A DNA stretch of 64,000 nucleotides from Elusimicrobiales bacterium (GCA_023701245.1 JAMPXK010000005.1:385-64384); one strand, 5' to 3'. Positions 36,746-46,355 are shown, counted from the stretch's first letter. Translations and numbers: made by a program. The notes: generated from the letters alone by a model not told the origin.

Positions 36746-38011
36746 TCATTCCTGCGCTTCAGGCAAAGCCGCCGGCCCGGCGGCTTTTTTATTTGTCCCC
36801 GGCGCGCGCAGGAACATGCGCGACAAGAGCAGCGTGGCGAAGGCGTAGCAGGTAATGGTGATGAGGAAGGGCAGGGTAAAGCCGAAATCCATCTGCAGGC
36901 GGCCGCTCAGGCGCGTGCTGGCGGAGAAGGACAGGTTCCAGGCGGCGGTGTAGATGGAACTGACCGCCTGGTGCTGCGCGGACGGGAAGTGGCCCAGCAT
37001 GAAAACGCTGTAGACCGGCCAGCTGGCGTTCATGAGCAGGGTGCGGGCGAAAGCGGCCAGCACCGTGGGGATGAGGAAGTCCGAGAAACCCATGGTGGCC
37101 AGGAACGGGATGGACAGCCCCTGGAAAGCTATCATGGCGCGCACCTGCCCCACGCGGCGCACCAGCGCGGGGCCTATGAGCCCGCCAAAAGCCATGGCCA
37201 GCGGCATGAGCGACATGCAGAAGCCCAGGCTGGAGATCCCGAGCGTAAACCCCGTCTTGAAGAAAATATTGAGGTACGGCATGACCATGCCGGCCCCAAA
37301 ACCTATGATAAGCTGCGGCAGCAGCACCTGGAAGGCCAGGCGCCGGTCCAGATTGGAAAAAGCGTTCTGCTCTTCCTTGCTCTCCGGGAGCACGGCCTCT
37401 TTTATGCCCGCGGCGGAGCGGGCCGCGGCCAGCATGAGCGCGCAGGCGAACAGCAGGGTGAAGCGGTAGGCCTGGGCGGTCTCCGCGCCGGAAAAGAACA
37501 GCGCGGCCCAGCCGCGGGTGAGCCAGCCGGAGGCCAGGCTGCCGGCGAAAGCGGCGGCGGTGGCCAGCGCGAACTGGAAACTGAAGAGGTGCTGGCGTTC
37601 CTCTTCGGTGGAGTTGCGGGCCATGAGCGGGAAAGAGGTTATGGCCATGGCGGCGGCCGCGGCGCCGTTGAGCACGCCCAGCAGCATCAGCGGGGCGCGG
37701 GCGGTAATGAGGGCCATGCCCAGCATGGCGGCGGTGGACAGGCCCACGGAGGCCAGCAGCAGTTTGCGCGCCGGGATGCCGGCGGTGAGCAGGGCCATGG
37801 GGATGGCGAGGGCGGCGATGGTGAGGCCGGGGATGGCGCTGAGCACGCCCACGAAGTCCATGGTGTAGCCGGTCTGGAGGATGTAGAGGTTAAACACCAG
37901 CCCGAAGACGCTCTGGGCCAGCGAGATGAGGAAGGTGAAAGCCAGGAACCGCTTGGCGTTGGGCCGCAGCGCCTTGTAGGCCTCGATGTAATTCTTCAGG
38001 ATGTCGGTCAT
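36746..38011 (-). CDS. MFS transporter
   Basis: About 12 predicted hydrophobic helices, 421 aa. Confidence 0.8.
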   Translation of the reverse strand: MTDILKNYIEAYKALRPNAKRFLAFTFLISLAQSVFGLVFNLYILQTGYTMDFVGVLSAIPGLTIAALAIPMALLTAGIPARKLLLASVGLSTAAMLGMALITARAPLMLLGVLNGAAAAAMAITSFPLMARNSTEEERQHLFSFQFALATAAAFAGSLASGWLTRGWAALFFSGAETAQAYRFTLLFACALMLAAARSAAGIKEAVLPESKEEQNAFSNLDRRLAFQVLLPQLIIGFGAGMVMPYLNIFFKTGFTLGISSLGFCMSLMPLAMAFGGLIGPALVRRVGQVRAMIAFQGLSIPFLATMGFSDFLIPTVLAAFARTLLMNASWPVYSVFMLGHFPSAQHQAVSSIYTAAWNLSFSASTRLSGRLQMDFGFTLPFLITITCYAFATLLLSRMFLRAPGTNKKAAGPAALPEAQE

Positions 38012-38045
38012 GGTTGCGATCTTGTCGTTGTCTGCCGAAGGACGG

Positions 38046-38188
38046 CGCGGGGTAAGGGTTCGGCGGGCCTTCGCGGAGACCTGAGCTTGCGTAAGCGCGA
38101 AGGTCGGGTGGAGCGAAGCGACACCGCAGTGTGAGGAGGGGCGGCCACGGTGTGGCCGACCCCGTGCCCGCCGGGCCCTTACCCCGTG
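38046..38188 (+). repeat. structured intergenic repeat, copy B
   Basis: 23-bp closing stem (38046-38068 / 38166-38188) with three G-T pairs that are wobble-compatible only on the plus strand. The core 38131-38170 is identical to copy A. Confidence 0.6.
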
Positions 38189-38194
38189 ACGTCC

Positions 38195-39223
38195 TTATTG
38201 GACCGGGGCCGCCGCGGGCGTGGTTACTGTCATGGTGCTGGCGGCGGGGGCCGCGGGCGGTTCTGGCTTGGGCGGATGGGCTATGTACCACACGTAGTTG
38301 GCCAGGTCCTTGTGGTCCTTGTTCATCTTTTCCGGGCAGGCGCCGTCTTCGGTATAGAAAGAGGCCTGGCGCACGCCCTTCACGCGCGCTTTCACCGACG
38401 CCGGGATAGCCGCGTTGTAGATCACGTGGCCGTTGCCCGCCACCACCAGCACGCTCCAGCCGGGGTTGGCGTTGAGGAACTCGGCCACCTTGTTGCCCAT
38501 GCCCTCGTTCCAGGCCGCCATGGACGCCAGGTAATTCTCCAGCGTGAACATCTTGGCCATGGGGGAAGACCCGTGCCCGTCAAAAGTGGCCTTCAGATAG
38601 TCGTTGTACTTCTTATGCTGCGTTATCTCCACCTTCTCCGGCAGGAAAGCCTTTTCTTCCGGCGTGAGGCTGTCCAGGCCGGTGCGCGCTATCTTGCCCA
38701 CCACCTTCTTGGGCACGTTCAGCGCCAGGCCCTTGAGCTTGTGCTCGGCGATAAAATCGAACAGCGGCTTGTACATGCCGAAATCGAAACCCCATTCCTT
38801 CTTCCAGTCTATCTTTTCCAGGAATTCTTCCTGGGTGATGGTCCCGGCGGCGTACGCGTCCAGCACGGGCTGCAGGGTCTGGTTGAGCATCTCGAACCCG
38901 ACGGCTATTTTGGAGCCGCGCGCTATCTTCATGGCCTTGAGCGCCTCGAACTGGGCCTCGTGGTCCAGCGGCTGGTCGTGCGTTTCGCCCACGTACACCA
39001 CGTCGCTCTTCCACACCACGGCCTTGAAGGCCGCCTCGGTGTTGAACGCTTTGCCGCTCTGCGCCCCGAAAATGCAGAAGCGCGGGTCCGGCTTGGCCGC
39101 GGCGGCGGCCGCTTCGGCCGAAACTTCGCGCTTGTCGGTGCTGGCATTGGGCTTCTTGACGTACTTGGCGTAGACCGCGAGCGGCAGGGCGAGGATAATA
39201 AGGAAGAAAAGGATGGTTCTCAT
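38195..39223 (-). CDS. ChaN-family (haem-binding uptake/Tiki-like) lipoprotein
   Basis: VVYVGETHDQPLDHEAQFEALKAM...VGFEM is the ChaN/PF04187-like core. TATAAT lies 6 nt upstream of the ATG. Confidence 0.75.
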   Translation of the reverse strand: MRTILFFLIILALPLAVYAKYVKKPNASTDKREVSAEAAAAAAKPDPRFCIFGAQSGKAFNTEAAFKAVVWKSDVVYVGETHDQPLDHEAQFEALKAMKIARGSKIAVGFEMLNQTLQPVLDAYAAGTITQEEFLEKIDWKKEWGFDFGMYKPLFDFIAEHKLKGLALNVPKKVVGKIARTGLDSLTPEEKAFLPEKVEITQHKKYNDYLKATFDGHGSSPMAKMFTLENYLASMAAWNEGMGNKVAEFLNANPGWSVLVVAGNGHVIYNAAIPASVKARVKGVRQASFYTEDGACPEKMNKDHKDLANYVWYIAHPPKPEPPAAPAASTMTVTTPAAAPVQ

Positions 39224-39240
39224 AAATTAATTATAGCATA

Positions 39241-39273
39241 GGGCAAAGAAGAGCCCCCGGGCCTGGCCGGGGG
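39241..39273 (-). terminator. probable terminator of the lexA operon
   Basis: On the minus strand, CCCCCGG-ccaggc-CCGGGGG followed by CTCTTCTTTGCC. Confidence 0.45.
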
Positions 39274-39285
39274 TCTTTGCTGGCG

Positions 39286-39330
39286 CTTGATGACGGCCAC
39301 GGCTTTGCCGTTTATGAGGAAGTCTCAGTC
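39286..39330 (-). pseudogene. displaced duplicate of the lexA 3' end
   Basis: cttGatgacggcCacggctttgccgtttatgaggaagtc matches 39676-39714 (the real lexA end) with 2 mismatches. Confidence 0.75.
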
Positions 39331-39342
39331 ATCTCGATAATT

Positions 39343-39627
39343 TCAGGCTGAATACATGGGGGTATTTCCTAGCCGTCCATTAACGTCGATATCATGGAGC
39401 AGGGCGGTTTTAGTAATGGAAGCAATATTCTCCAGCCTGAACTGGAGTTCATTGTTCCAGATCCTGAGCCAAACGGTTTCTTTCCCGTCTTTGCTTTCCG
39501 GTTCAAGGATCCCGATCTCGTAACTTTTGGGGACAACGATGCTCTCGGCGCTCCCATCGCGCATTTTTATTTTAACGCAGTTGCCGCGAAAAGATCTGAG
39601 CTGGTTAAAGACGGTCTCTTTGTTCAT
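39343..39627 (-). CDS. hypothetical small protein (94 aa), AT-rich, immediately downstream of lexA
   Basis: AGGAGGG RBS before the ATG. Lower GC than the flanks. No family recognised. Confidence 0.6.
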   Translation of the reverse strand: MNKETVFNQLRSFRGNCVKIKMRDGSAESIVVPKSYEIGILEPESKDGKETVWLRIWNNELQFRLENIASITKTALLHDIDVNGRLGNTPMYSA

Positions 39628-39669
39628 GAATCCCTCCTTAATTTCAATGGCGCCTCGAAAGGAATAGAA

Positions 39670-40326
39670 TTATTTCTTAATGACGGCGACGGCTTTGCCG
39701 TTTATGAGGAAGTCGTCGTCGGGGTGCAGGTAGATGGGCTCGTAGTCGTGGGAGGAGTCCGCCTTCAGGATCACCTGGCCGTTGGGGCGGTCGTCTATGA
39801 AGCGCTTGATGGTGGCCTTGTTGTCTATGATGGCCAGCACGATGTCGTTGTTGGCCGGCACGCGCTTGTTGCTGTCTATCACCACGTAGTCGCCGTCCTC
39901 TATCTTCTTGCCGGCTATTTCGGCGCGGTTCATGGACGAGCCGTTGGTCTTTATGGCGTAGAGGCCGGCCGGGGTGGCGCGGCCCACCAGGCGCCCGGAG
40001 ACGCGCAGGAAGCCTTCGAAGTTCTGTTCGGCGTAGATGGTGGCGGCGCCGCAGTTGGCGGTGCCTACTATAGGAATAGAAAATAATGAGGAGGCTTCTT
40101 TCAGCAGGCCGTGCGCCAGGCCCGGCAGCAGCTTGGCTTTCTCCATCATGCCCTTGGCCTTGTCTATGGTGAAGAAGCCTTTCTTCTCCAGCTGCTGGAG
40201 ATGATGCTTTATTTTCTGGGGGGATTCCTTCGGCAGGCCGATGGCCGCGGCCATCTCGCGCAGGCTGATCTGGGCCAGGTTGGTCTTCTTGGAAAGGGTT
40301 AAAAGTTTTTCCTGTATGGGGTGCAT
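39670..40326 (-). CDS. lexA: LexA-type repressor (wHTH + S24 peptidase)
   Basis: N-terminal winged-helix region, then the S24 catalytic GSSM ... KRF pair. Confidence 0.85.
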   Translation of the reverse strand: MHPIQEKLLTLSKKTNLAQISLREMAAAIGLPKESPQKIKHHLQQLEKKGFFTIDKAKGMMEKAKLLPGLAHGLLKEASSLFSIPIVGTANCGAATIYAEQNFEGFLRVSGRLVGRATPAGLYAIKTNGSSMNRAEIAGKKIEDGDYVVIDSNKRVPANNDIVLAIIDNKATIKRFIDDRPNGQVILKADSSHDYEPIYLHPDDDFLINGKAVAVIKK

Positions 40327-40333
40327 ATATATA

Positions 40334-40362
40334 AGGATAGCACACTAAACCGGTAAAGTCAA
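40334..40362 (-). promoter_or_regulatory. lexA promoter TTGACT-N17-(TGc)TATCCT
   Basis: Read on the minus strand. The -10 ends 7 nt before ATG 40326, so this is a leaderless candidate. Confidence 0.55.
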
Positions 40363-40376
40363 TATCTCCTTAATAC

Positions 40377-40405
40377 TTGACAGATGGAGGAAAATCGTCT
40401 ATACT
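40377..40405 (+). promoter_or_regulatory. distal recA promoter TTGACA-N17-TATACT
   Basis: Near-consensus sigma70 hexamers with a 17-nt spacer. Confidence 0.6.
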
Positions 40406-40473
40406 CAAGGGAGTTGCGGTGAGGCTGTTTTTGGGCGCGGCGCAGAAATGTTAACATAATATATGCCCCGCAA

Positions 40474-40508
40474 CCCGACACAACGGTGTCGGGATGAGTT
40501 GGTAGACT
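40474..40508 (+). promoter_or_regulatory. palindrome + extended -10 module copy 5 (recA proximal)
   Basis: CCCGACA 40474-40480, TGTCGGG 40487-40493, TGgTAGACT 40500-40508. Confidence 0.7.
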
Positions 40509-40543
40509 ATTTGTGTAAGAAAATTTAACGGAGGTTACAAAAC

Positions 40544-41649
<1,106 letters not shown>

Positions 41650-41650
<1 letters not shown>

Positions 41651-42537
41651 TGCGACCGCTGGCGGCTGACTTCTCGCGTCATCTCGGCATGGAGCGGGGC
41701 CTGGCAAAGAACACCTGCCTCGCCTATGCCGGGGACGCGGAGGCCTTCCTGGCCTATTGCGAGGGCAGGAAGACGGACCCCGCGCGGGCCGAAGCGCCGT
41801 TCATAGAAGAATACCTGTGGTCGCTAAAGACCGTGCGCAAGCTGGGGCCCGCGTCCATCTTCCGCAAGACCGAGGCCATCCGCGCCTTCTACCGCTACCT
41901 GCGGCTGGAAGGCAAGGCCGCCAAAGATCCCACCGCCAATTTCCGCGCTCCCAAACTGCCCCGCAAAGTGCCGCGCTTCCTGGCGCGGCGCGACATGGAA
42001 CGCCTGCTGAGCTACCCGGCGGGAGAGGCTTTTGCCAAGCTGCGGGCAGCCGCCGCCGTGGAACTGCTGTACGCCAGCGGCATAAGGGTGTCCGAACTGC
42101 TGGGCCTGCGCCTGGAGTCCGTAAATTTCCAGCAGGGCTGGCTGCGCGTGTTCGGCAAGGGCGCCAAGGAACGCATGGTGCCGGTCAACGCGGCCGCCCT
42201 GTCGCGCCTGCGGGACTATTTGTCCGCCCGGCAGCAGAAGTTCGGCGGCACGCCGGTGGCCGACGAACTGTTCCTGAACCGCGGCGGCAAACAGCTCAGC
42301 CGCGTGCAGATGTGGAAGGATATAGTGGCTTTCGGCCGCGCGGCGGGGGTGGAACTGAAGCCGCACCCGCACCTGTTCCGGCACACCTTCGCCAGCCACC
42401 TGGTGCAGGGCGGCGCGGACCTGCGCAGCGTCCAGGAGATGCTGGGCCACGCCAGCCTTAACACCACCCAGATCTACGCCCACGTGGACAAGGGCGACAT
42501 AAAGCGCGCCCACGACAAGTTTCACCCCGACAAGTAA
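41650..42537 (+). CDS. xerD: tyrosine recombinase XerC/XerD family
   Basis: R..HxxR..Y motifs: LFRHTFASHLVQGGADLRSVQEMLGHASLNTTQIYAHV. The ATG overlaps the recA TAA by 1 nt. Confidence 0.85.
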
Positions 42538-42657
42538 TTCCGCGGCCCTGGGACTAAAGGGTTAATAAACACAAGGACTTTCGGCCCATGTGGAAAAGCC
42601 GCATTGATTGATAAGATAGCCGGTAGTAGCTATCGCTATTGGGTTGGAGGATCTGAC

Positions 42658-43467
42658 ATGGGTAAGAAGGCTAATTCCGCGGTATTCATATTTTCACTGG
42701 CGGCCTGCTGCGCGCTGCCGGCTTCGGCGCAAACGGCGGTTTCCAGCCTGCTGGGCGGCGACGCCCCGGCATCGCTGCCTCTCCCGCCGCTGCCGGGAAA
42801 GCCCTCCCTGCTGCCTTTTGTCCCGGCTTACCCGCCGCTTCCCTGCCAGTCGCCCGCGGTGTACATAAACGACAGCGGCTATATTTTCAGCGACGGGGAG
42901 CGCCTGGGTTACGACGCCGCGGACTATAAGACCGGCTGCACCCCCGACGTGGCCTGGGTCAGCAAGTCCGGGTATATCTATAAGAACGACGACCGCCTGG
43001 GTTACGACGCCCGGGATTACCAGCTGGCCGCCTACACGGGGGACGTGGCCTGGGTAAGCAAGTCCGACTACATCTACAAGAATGACAACCGCCTCGGGTA
43101 CTACGCGAAAGAATATAAAGTGGCGCCTTACACCGGCGATGTGGCCTGGCTCAACAAGTCCGGCGAGATCTACAGGAACGACGACCGCATCGGGTACGAC
43201 GCTAGTGAATACCAACTGGCCGACCATACGGGCGACGTGGTCTGGCTCAACAAGTCCGGGGAGATCTACAGGAACAACAACCGCATCGGGTACCACGCGA
43301 AAGAATACAAGGTGGCGGCTTACACCGGCGACGTGGCCTGGCTGGACAACTCGGGGTCGCTCTATAAGAACGGCCAGAGAGTCGCCAGTTCCGTTAAGAA
43401 ATATTCCATAGACGCTTACGGCAAATTGGCCTGGATCGACTCCTTCGGCAACCAGCATATAGACTGA
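42658..43467 (+). CDS. secreted protein with six tandem 31-residue repeats
   Basis: Signal peptide, a proline-rich linker, then a 93-nt period from 42874 with consensus SG.IY.NDDR.GY.A.EY..A.YTGDVAW..K. Confidence 0.75.
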   Translation: MGKKANSAVFIFSLAACCALPASAQTAVSSLLGGDAPASLPLPPLPGKPSLLPFVPAYPPLPCQSPAVYINDSGYIFSDGERLGYDAADYKTGCTPDVAWVSKSGYIYKNDDRLGYDARDYQLAAYTGDVAWVSKSDYIYKNDNRLGYYAKEYKVAPYTGDVAWLNKSGEIYRNDDRIGYDASEYQLADHTGDVVWLNKSGEIYRNNNRIGYHAKEYKVAAYTGDVAWLDNSGSLYKNGQRVASSVKKYSIDAYGKLAWIDSFGNQHID

Positions 43468-43483
43468 GGCTTTCAGGTTTTAT

Positions 43484-43543
43484 GGGGTCAGGTCTTTCTT
43501 TTTGACTTCTGGTCAAAATGAAAGACCTGACCCCTTTGCTTTG
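43484..43543 (+). terminator. long hairpin (about 23 bp) followed by a T-rich tract
   Basis: GGGGTCAGGTCTTTCTTTTTGAC-ttctg-GTCAAAATGAAAGACCTGACCCC then TTTGCTTTG. Confidence 0.6.
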
Positions 43544-43661
43544 CGCGCGCCCGCGGCAAATGCCGCCACGACAAGTAGTGTTGCCGCCAACAATTTCATA
43601 ATATAGTTATGTTGAGGCCGGGACGCGGATCCCGGCCCGGCAGGATTTTTGACGCTGATTT

Positions 43662-45212
43662 ATGATAGAAGACCAGAACGATATTTTAGACTCGCGCATT
43701 AAACTGCACGACCGCCACCGTTTCGAGATCAAGCTGGATATAGACCTCGACGCCGCGGCCCGCAGTTCCTACGAGGTGGAGACCTACTTCTTCATCCCGC
43801 GGTCGCTCAACGTGGGGCCGCACAACTACAGCAAGGAGAAGTTCTACAACTCCAGCCAGCGCTATATCCGGTTCCGCACCCCCAAGATGAGCCTGGGCAA
43901 GATCTGCGATCCCGGCCTTAAGACCTCGCCGCTCAACCGGGTGCGCGAGGACCTGGGCAAGGTGCTGTCCGGCGCGGGCGACAAGGCCCTGGCCGATAAT
44001 ATCTGCCATGAACTGCGTCTCCTGGGCTGCATTGTCCGCGGCGAGATCCGCGACTACGTGAAAGTGTTCGTGGAAGGGCTGGCCACCTATAACCAGGCCG
44101 TGCCCGCCGCGCAGCGCCGGCTTTTCGTGGGAGAAGGCCTGGAGAATTTCCTGAACGACCTGAAAGGGCTGGAAACCGCGCTGAGCTCGCTGAAAGCGGA
44201 GATCTCGGACCCGGCGGTGCCGGTAAAGGTGCGCGAAACGGCGGCTTTCTTCGACGAGTACGTGAGTCTGATCCTGGAAGAGTACCTGACCTCGCTGATA
44301 GAGGCGCTGCGCGCCAACCCCGAGGCCAGGGCGCGCTTTGCGGAGGTGGAAAAGGGCGTGCTGGGCATTGTGACGGCCCAGAACCGCTACCGCCAGGCCA
44401 TGAAGTACCCCTCGGTGCTGGTGCCCGGCTCTTCCAACGAGGTCATCATCTACCGGCGCGGCGTGCTCAAGAAATTCATCTCCAGCGTGCTCTACCTCAA
44501 GGCGGAATTTTCCGAATGGGAAGGCCTTACGCAGGTGTTCTTCGGGCTGGCGGCCGGCGCGGCCATGCTGTTCGCGGTGCTGGTCACCGTTTATTTCCAG
44601 GCCCGGTACGCCATGAACAGCCTGCCGTTCGTGCTGGCGGTGGTGATCAGCTATATCTTCAAGGACCGCATCAAGGACTGGCTGAAGCTGCTGTTCTCCA
44701 AAAGCCTCACGCGCTGGATAAGCGACCGTAAGATAGACATCCTGGACGCGGCCAGCGGCAAACGCCTGGGGCTGCTCAAAGAAGGCGCCACCTTTATTCC
44801 CGGCCGCGACGTGCCGCCGGAGGTGTCGCGGCTGCGCCGCATAGACAATATCACCTCGGTGGACGAGGAAGGCAAGCCGGAGCGCGTCTTCAAGTACGAA
44901 AAAGAGATCATCCTTTACCCGGAGGTCATCCTGAAGGCGCACGAACGCCGCCGGGACCTCAACGACATCATGCGGTTCAACATCCGGGAGCTGGTGGACC
45001 AGGCCGACGACTCCGCCGTGGACTACCAGTACGTGGACCCGGCCAGCGGGGAAGTGCGCACCGCGGCCTGCTCGCGCGTCTACCACATGAACATGCTGCT
45101 GAAGTACGCCTACACCGGGCGCGACGCCCAGCCCGTAGTGCATTACGAGCGCATCCGCATAGTGCTCAACAAGGACGGGATAGTGCGGCTGGAAGAAGTG
45201 CGGGTGGCGTAG
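43662..45212 (+). CDS. hypothetical membrane protein (516 aa, two central TM helices)
   Basis: Long ORF with coding-like composition. TM helices around LTQVFFGLAAGAAMLFAVLVTVYF and LPFVLAVVISYIF. No family recognised. Confidence 0.65.
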   Translation: MIEDQNDILDSRIKLHDRHRFEIKLDIDLDAAARSSYEVETYFFIPRSLNVGPHNYSKEKFYNSSQRYIRFRTPKMSLGKICDPGLKTSPLNRVREDLGKVLSGAGDKALADNICHELRLLGCIVRGEIRDYVKVFVEGLATYNQAVPAAQRRLFVGEGLENFLNDLKGLETALSSLKAEISDPAVPVKVRETAAFFDEYVSLILEEYLTSLIEALRANPEARARFAEVEKGVLGIVTAQNRYRQAMKYPSVLVPGSSNEVIIYRRGVLKKFISSVLYLKAEFSEWEGLTQVFFGLAAGAAMLFAVLVTVYFQARYAMNSLPFVLAVVISYIFKDRIKDWLKLLFSKSLTRWISDRKIDILDAASGKRLGLLKEGATFIPGRDVPPEVSRLRRIDNITSVDEEGKPERVFKYEKEIILYPEVILKAHERRRDLNDIMRFNIRELVDQADDSAVDYQYVDPASGEVRTAACSRVYHMNMLLKYAYTGRDAQPVVHYERIRIVLNKDGIVRLEEVRVA

Positions 45213-45244
45213 GGCGGGCGCGGTCCGCCAAGGAGCTTTTTTAA

Positions 45245-46354
45245 ATGGACATACAGGCTGTTGGCATAATGGGCGCTAACACCACCGGGGCGGGAGCCGC
45301 GGAGATCTTCCTCAAGCACGGCTTCCAGGTGCGCCTCTACGACGATTTCAAGGACAGCCTCAACATAGCGCTGGCCAAGATCTCCTGGTCCTTGCGCAAG
45401 GAAGGCAAAGGCGAGCTGCTCTCCAACATAGAGGGCATCCAGGACATGGCCAAGTTCAAGGGCGCGGACATAATCATAGAGGCCGCCTCCAAATCTCCGG
45501 AAGAGCGCCGGGTCTATTTTTCCAAGCTGAAGGGCCACCTGGAGCCCAATTGCGTGGTGGCCGCGCGCTGCGCGGTGCAGCCGCTCAAGGAGATCATCTC
45601 CTACACCGACCTGCCCGTGGAGCGGACGCTGGGGCTGCATTTCGTTAAGCCCGTGCGGTCCAACGCCCTGGTGGAGGTGGTGCGCACCGACGGCACCAAG
45701 GACGAGTATATAGAAGCCGCGGTGAACCTGCTGCGCAAGATAGGCAAGACGCCTATCCTGGTAAAGGACAACCCCGGCCAGATAGTAGAACGCCTTATCC
45801 GCCCTTTCAGCCTGGGCGCGCTGCGCCTCCTGGACGCCGGCAAGGGCAACCCGCATGAGATAGACGCCGCCTTCAAAGAAATGGCGCAGGCGCCGGCCGG
45901 GCCGTTCGAAGCGGCCGATTTCGCCGGCCTGGATTCGGACTACAAGGCGTCCGAGATAATTTACGAGGCGCTGGGCAGGCCGGAGCGGCTTACCCCTTCG
46001 GCCACGCAGCTGCGGCTGGTGCAGTACGGGCAGCTGGGCCGCAAGTCCACCATAGGGTTTTACATCTACGAGGACGGCCGCATAGTGGGCGAAAACCCGG
46101 TGCTGCCCAACCTGGTGAAATACCTGGGCCTCAAGAAGATCTCCAAGGAGGAGATCTTCGCGGAGATCATGCGGCCCGTGGTGGAAGAGGCCAGGCTGCT
46201 GGCCTCCGAGATCATGGTTTCGGAATACGACGTGGAAACGGCCATGAAGCTGGCCATGGGCTGGCCCAAGGGGCCTTTCGCCTATAACCGCGAAATGGGC
46301 GAGCTGCTGCAGAAAAAAACGGTGTCCGAGTTCGACAAGCTGGACACCTTCTAG
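45245..46354 (+). CDS. 3-hydroxyacyl-CoA dehydrogenase family protein
   Basis: N-terminal Rossmann VGIMGANTTGAGAAEIF, and a C-terminal HCDH-like dimerisation region. Confidence 0.75.
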   Translation: MDIQAVGIMGANTTGAGAAEIFLKHGFQVRLYDDFKDSLNIALAKISWSLRKEGKGELLSNIEGIQDMAKFKGADIIIEAASKSPEERRVYFSKLKGHLEPNCVVAARCAVQPLKEIISYTDLPVERTLGLHFVKPVRSNALVEVVRTDGTKDEYIEAAVNLLRKIGKTPILVKDNPGQIVERLIRPFSLGALRLLDAGKGNPHEIDAAFKEMAQAPAGPFEAADFAGLDSDYKASEIIYEALGRPERLTPSATQLRLVQYGQLGRKSTIGFYIYEDGRIVGENPVLPNLVKYLGLKKISKEEIFAEIMRPVVEEARLLASEIMVSEYDVETAMKLAMGWPKGPFAYNREMGELLQKKTVSEFDKLDTF

Positions 46355-46355
46355 G

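Noticed and set aside
42874-43464. 93-bp periodicity that could be mistaken for a CRISPR or satellite array
   Set aside because: The period is in-frame within a signal-peptide-bearing ORF, and the repeats are conserved as protein but not as DNA. There is no repeat-spacer alternation and there are no cas genes.
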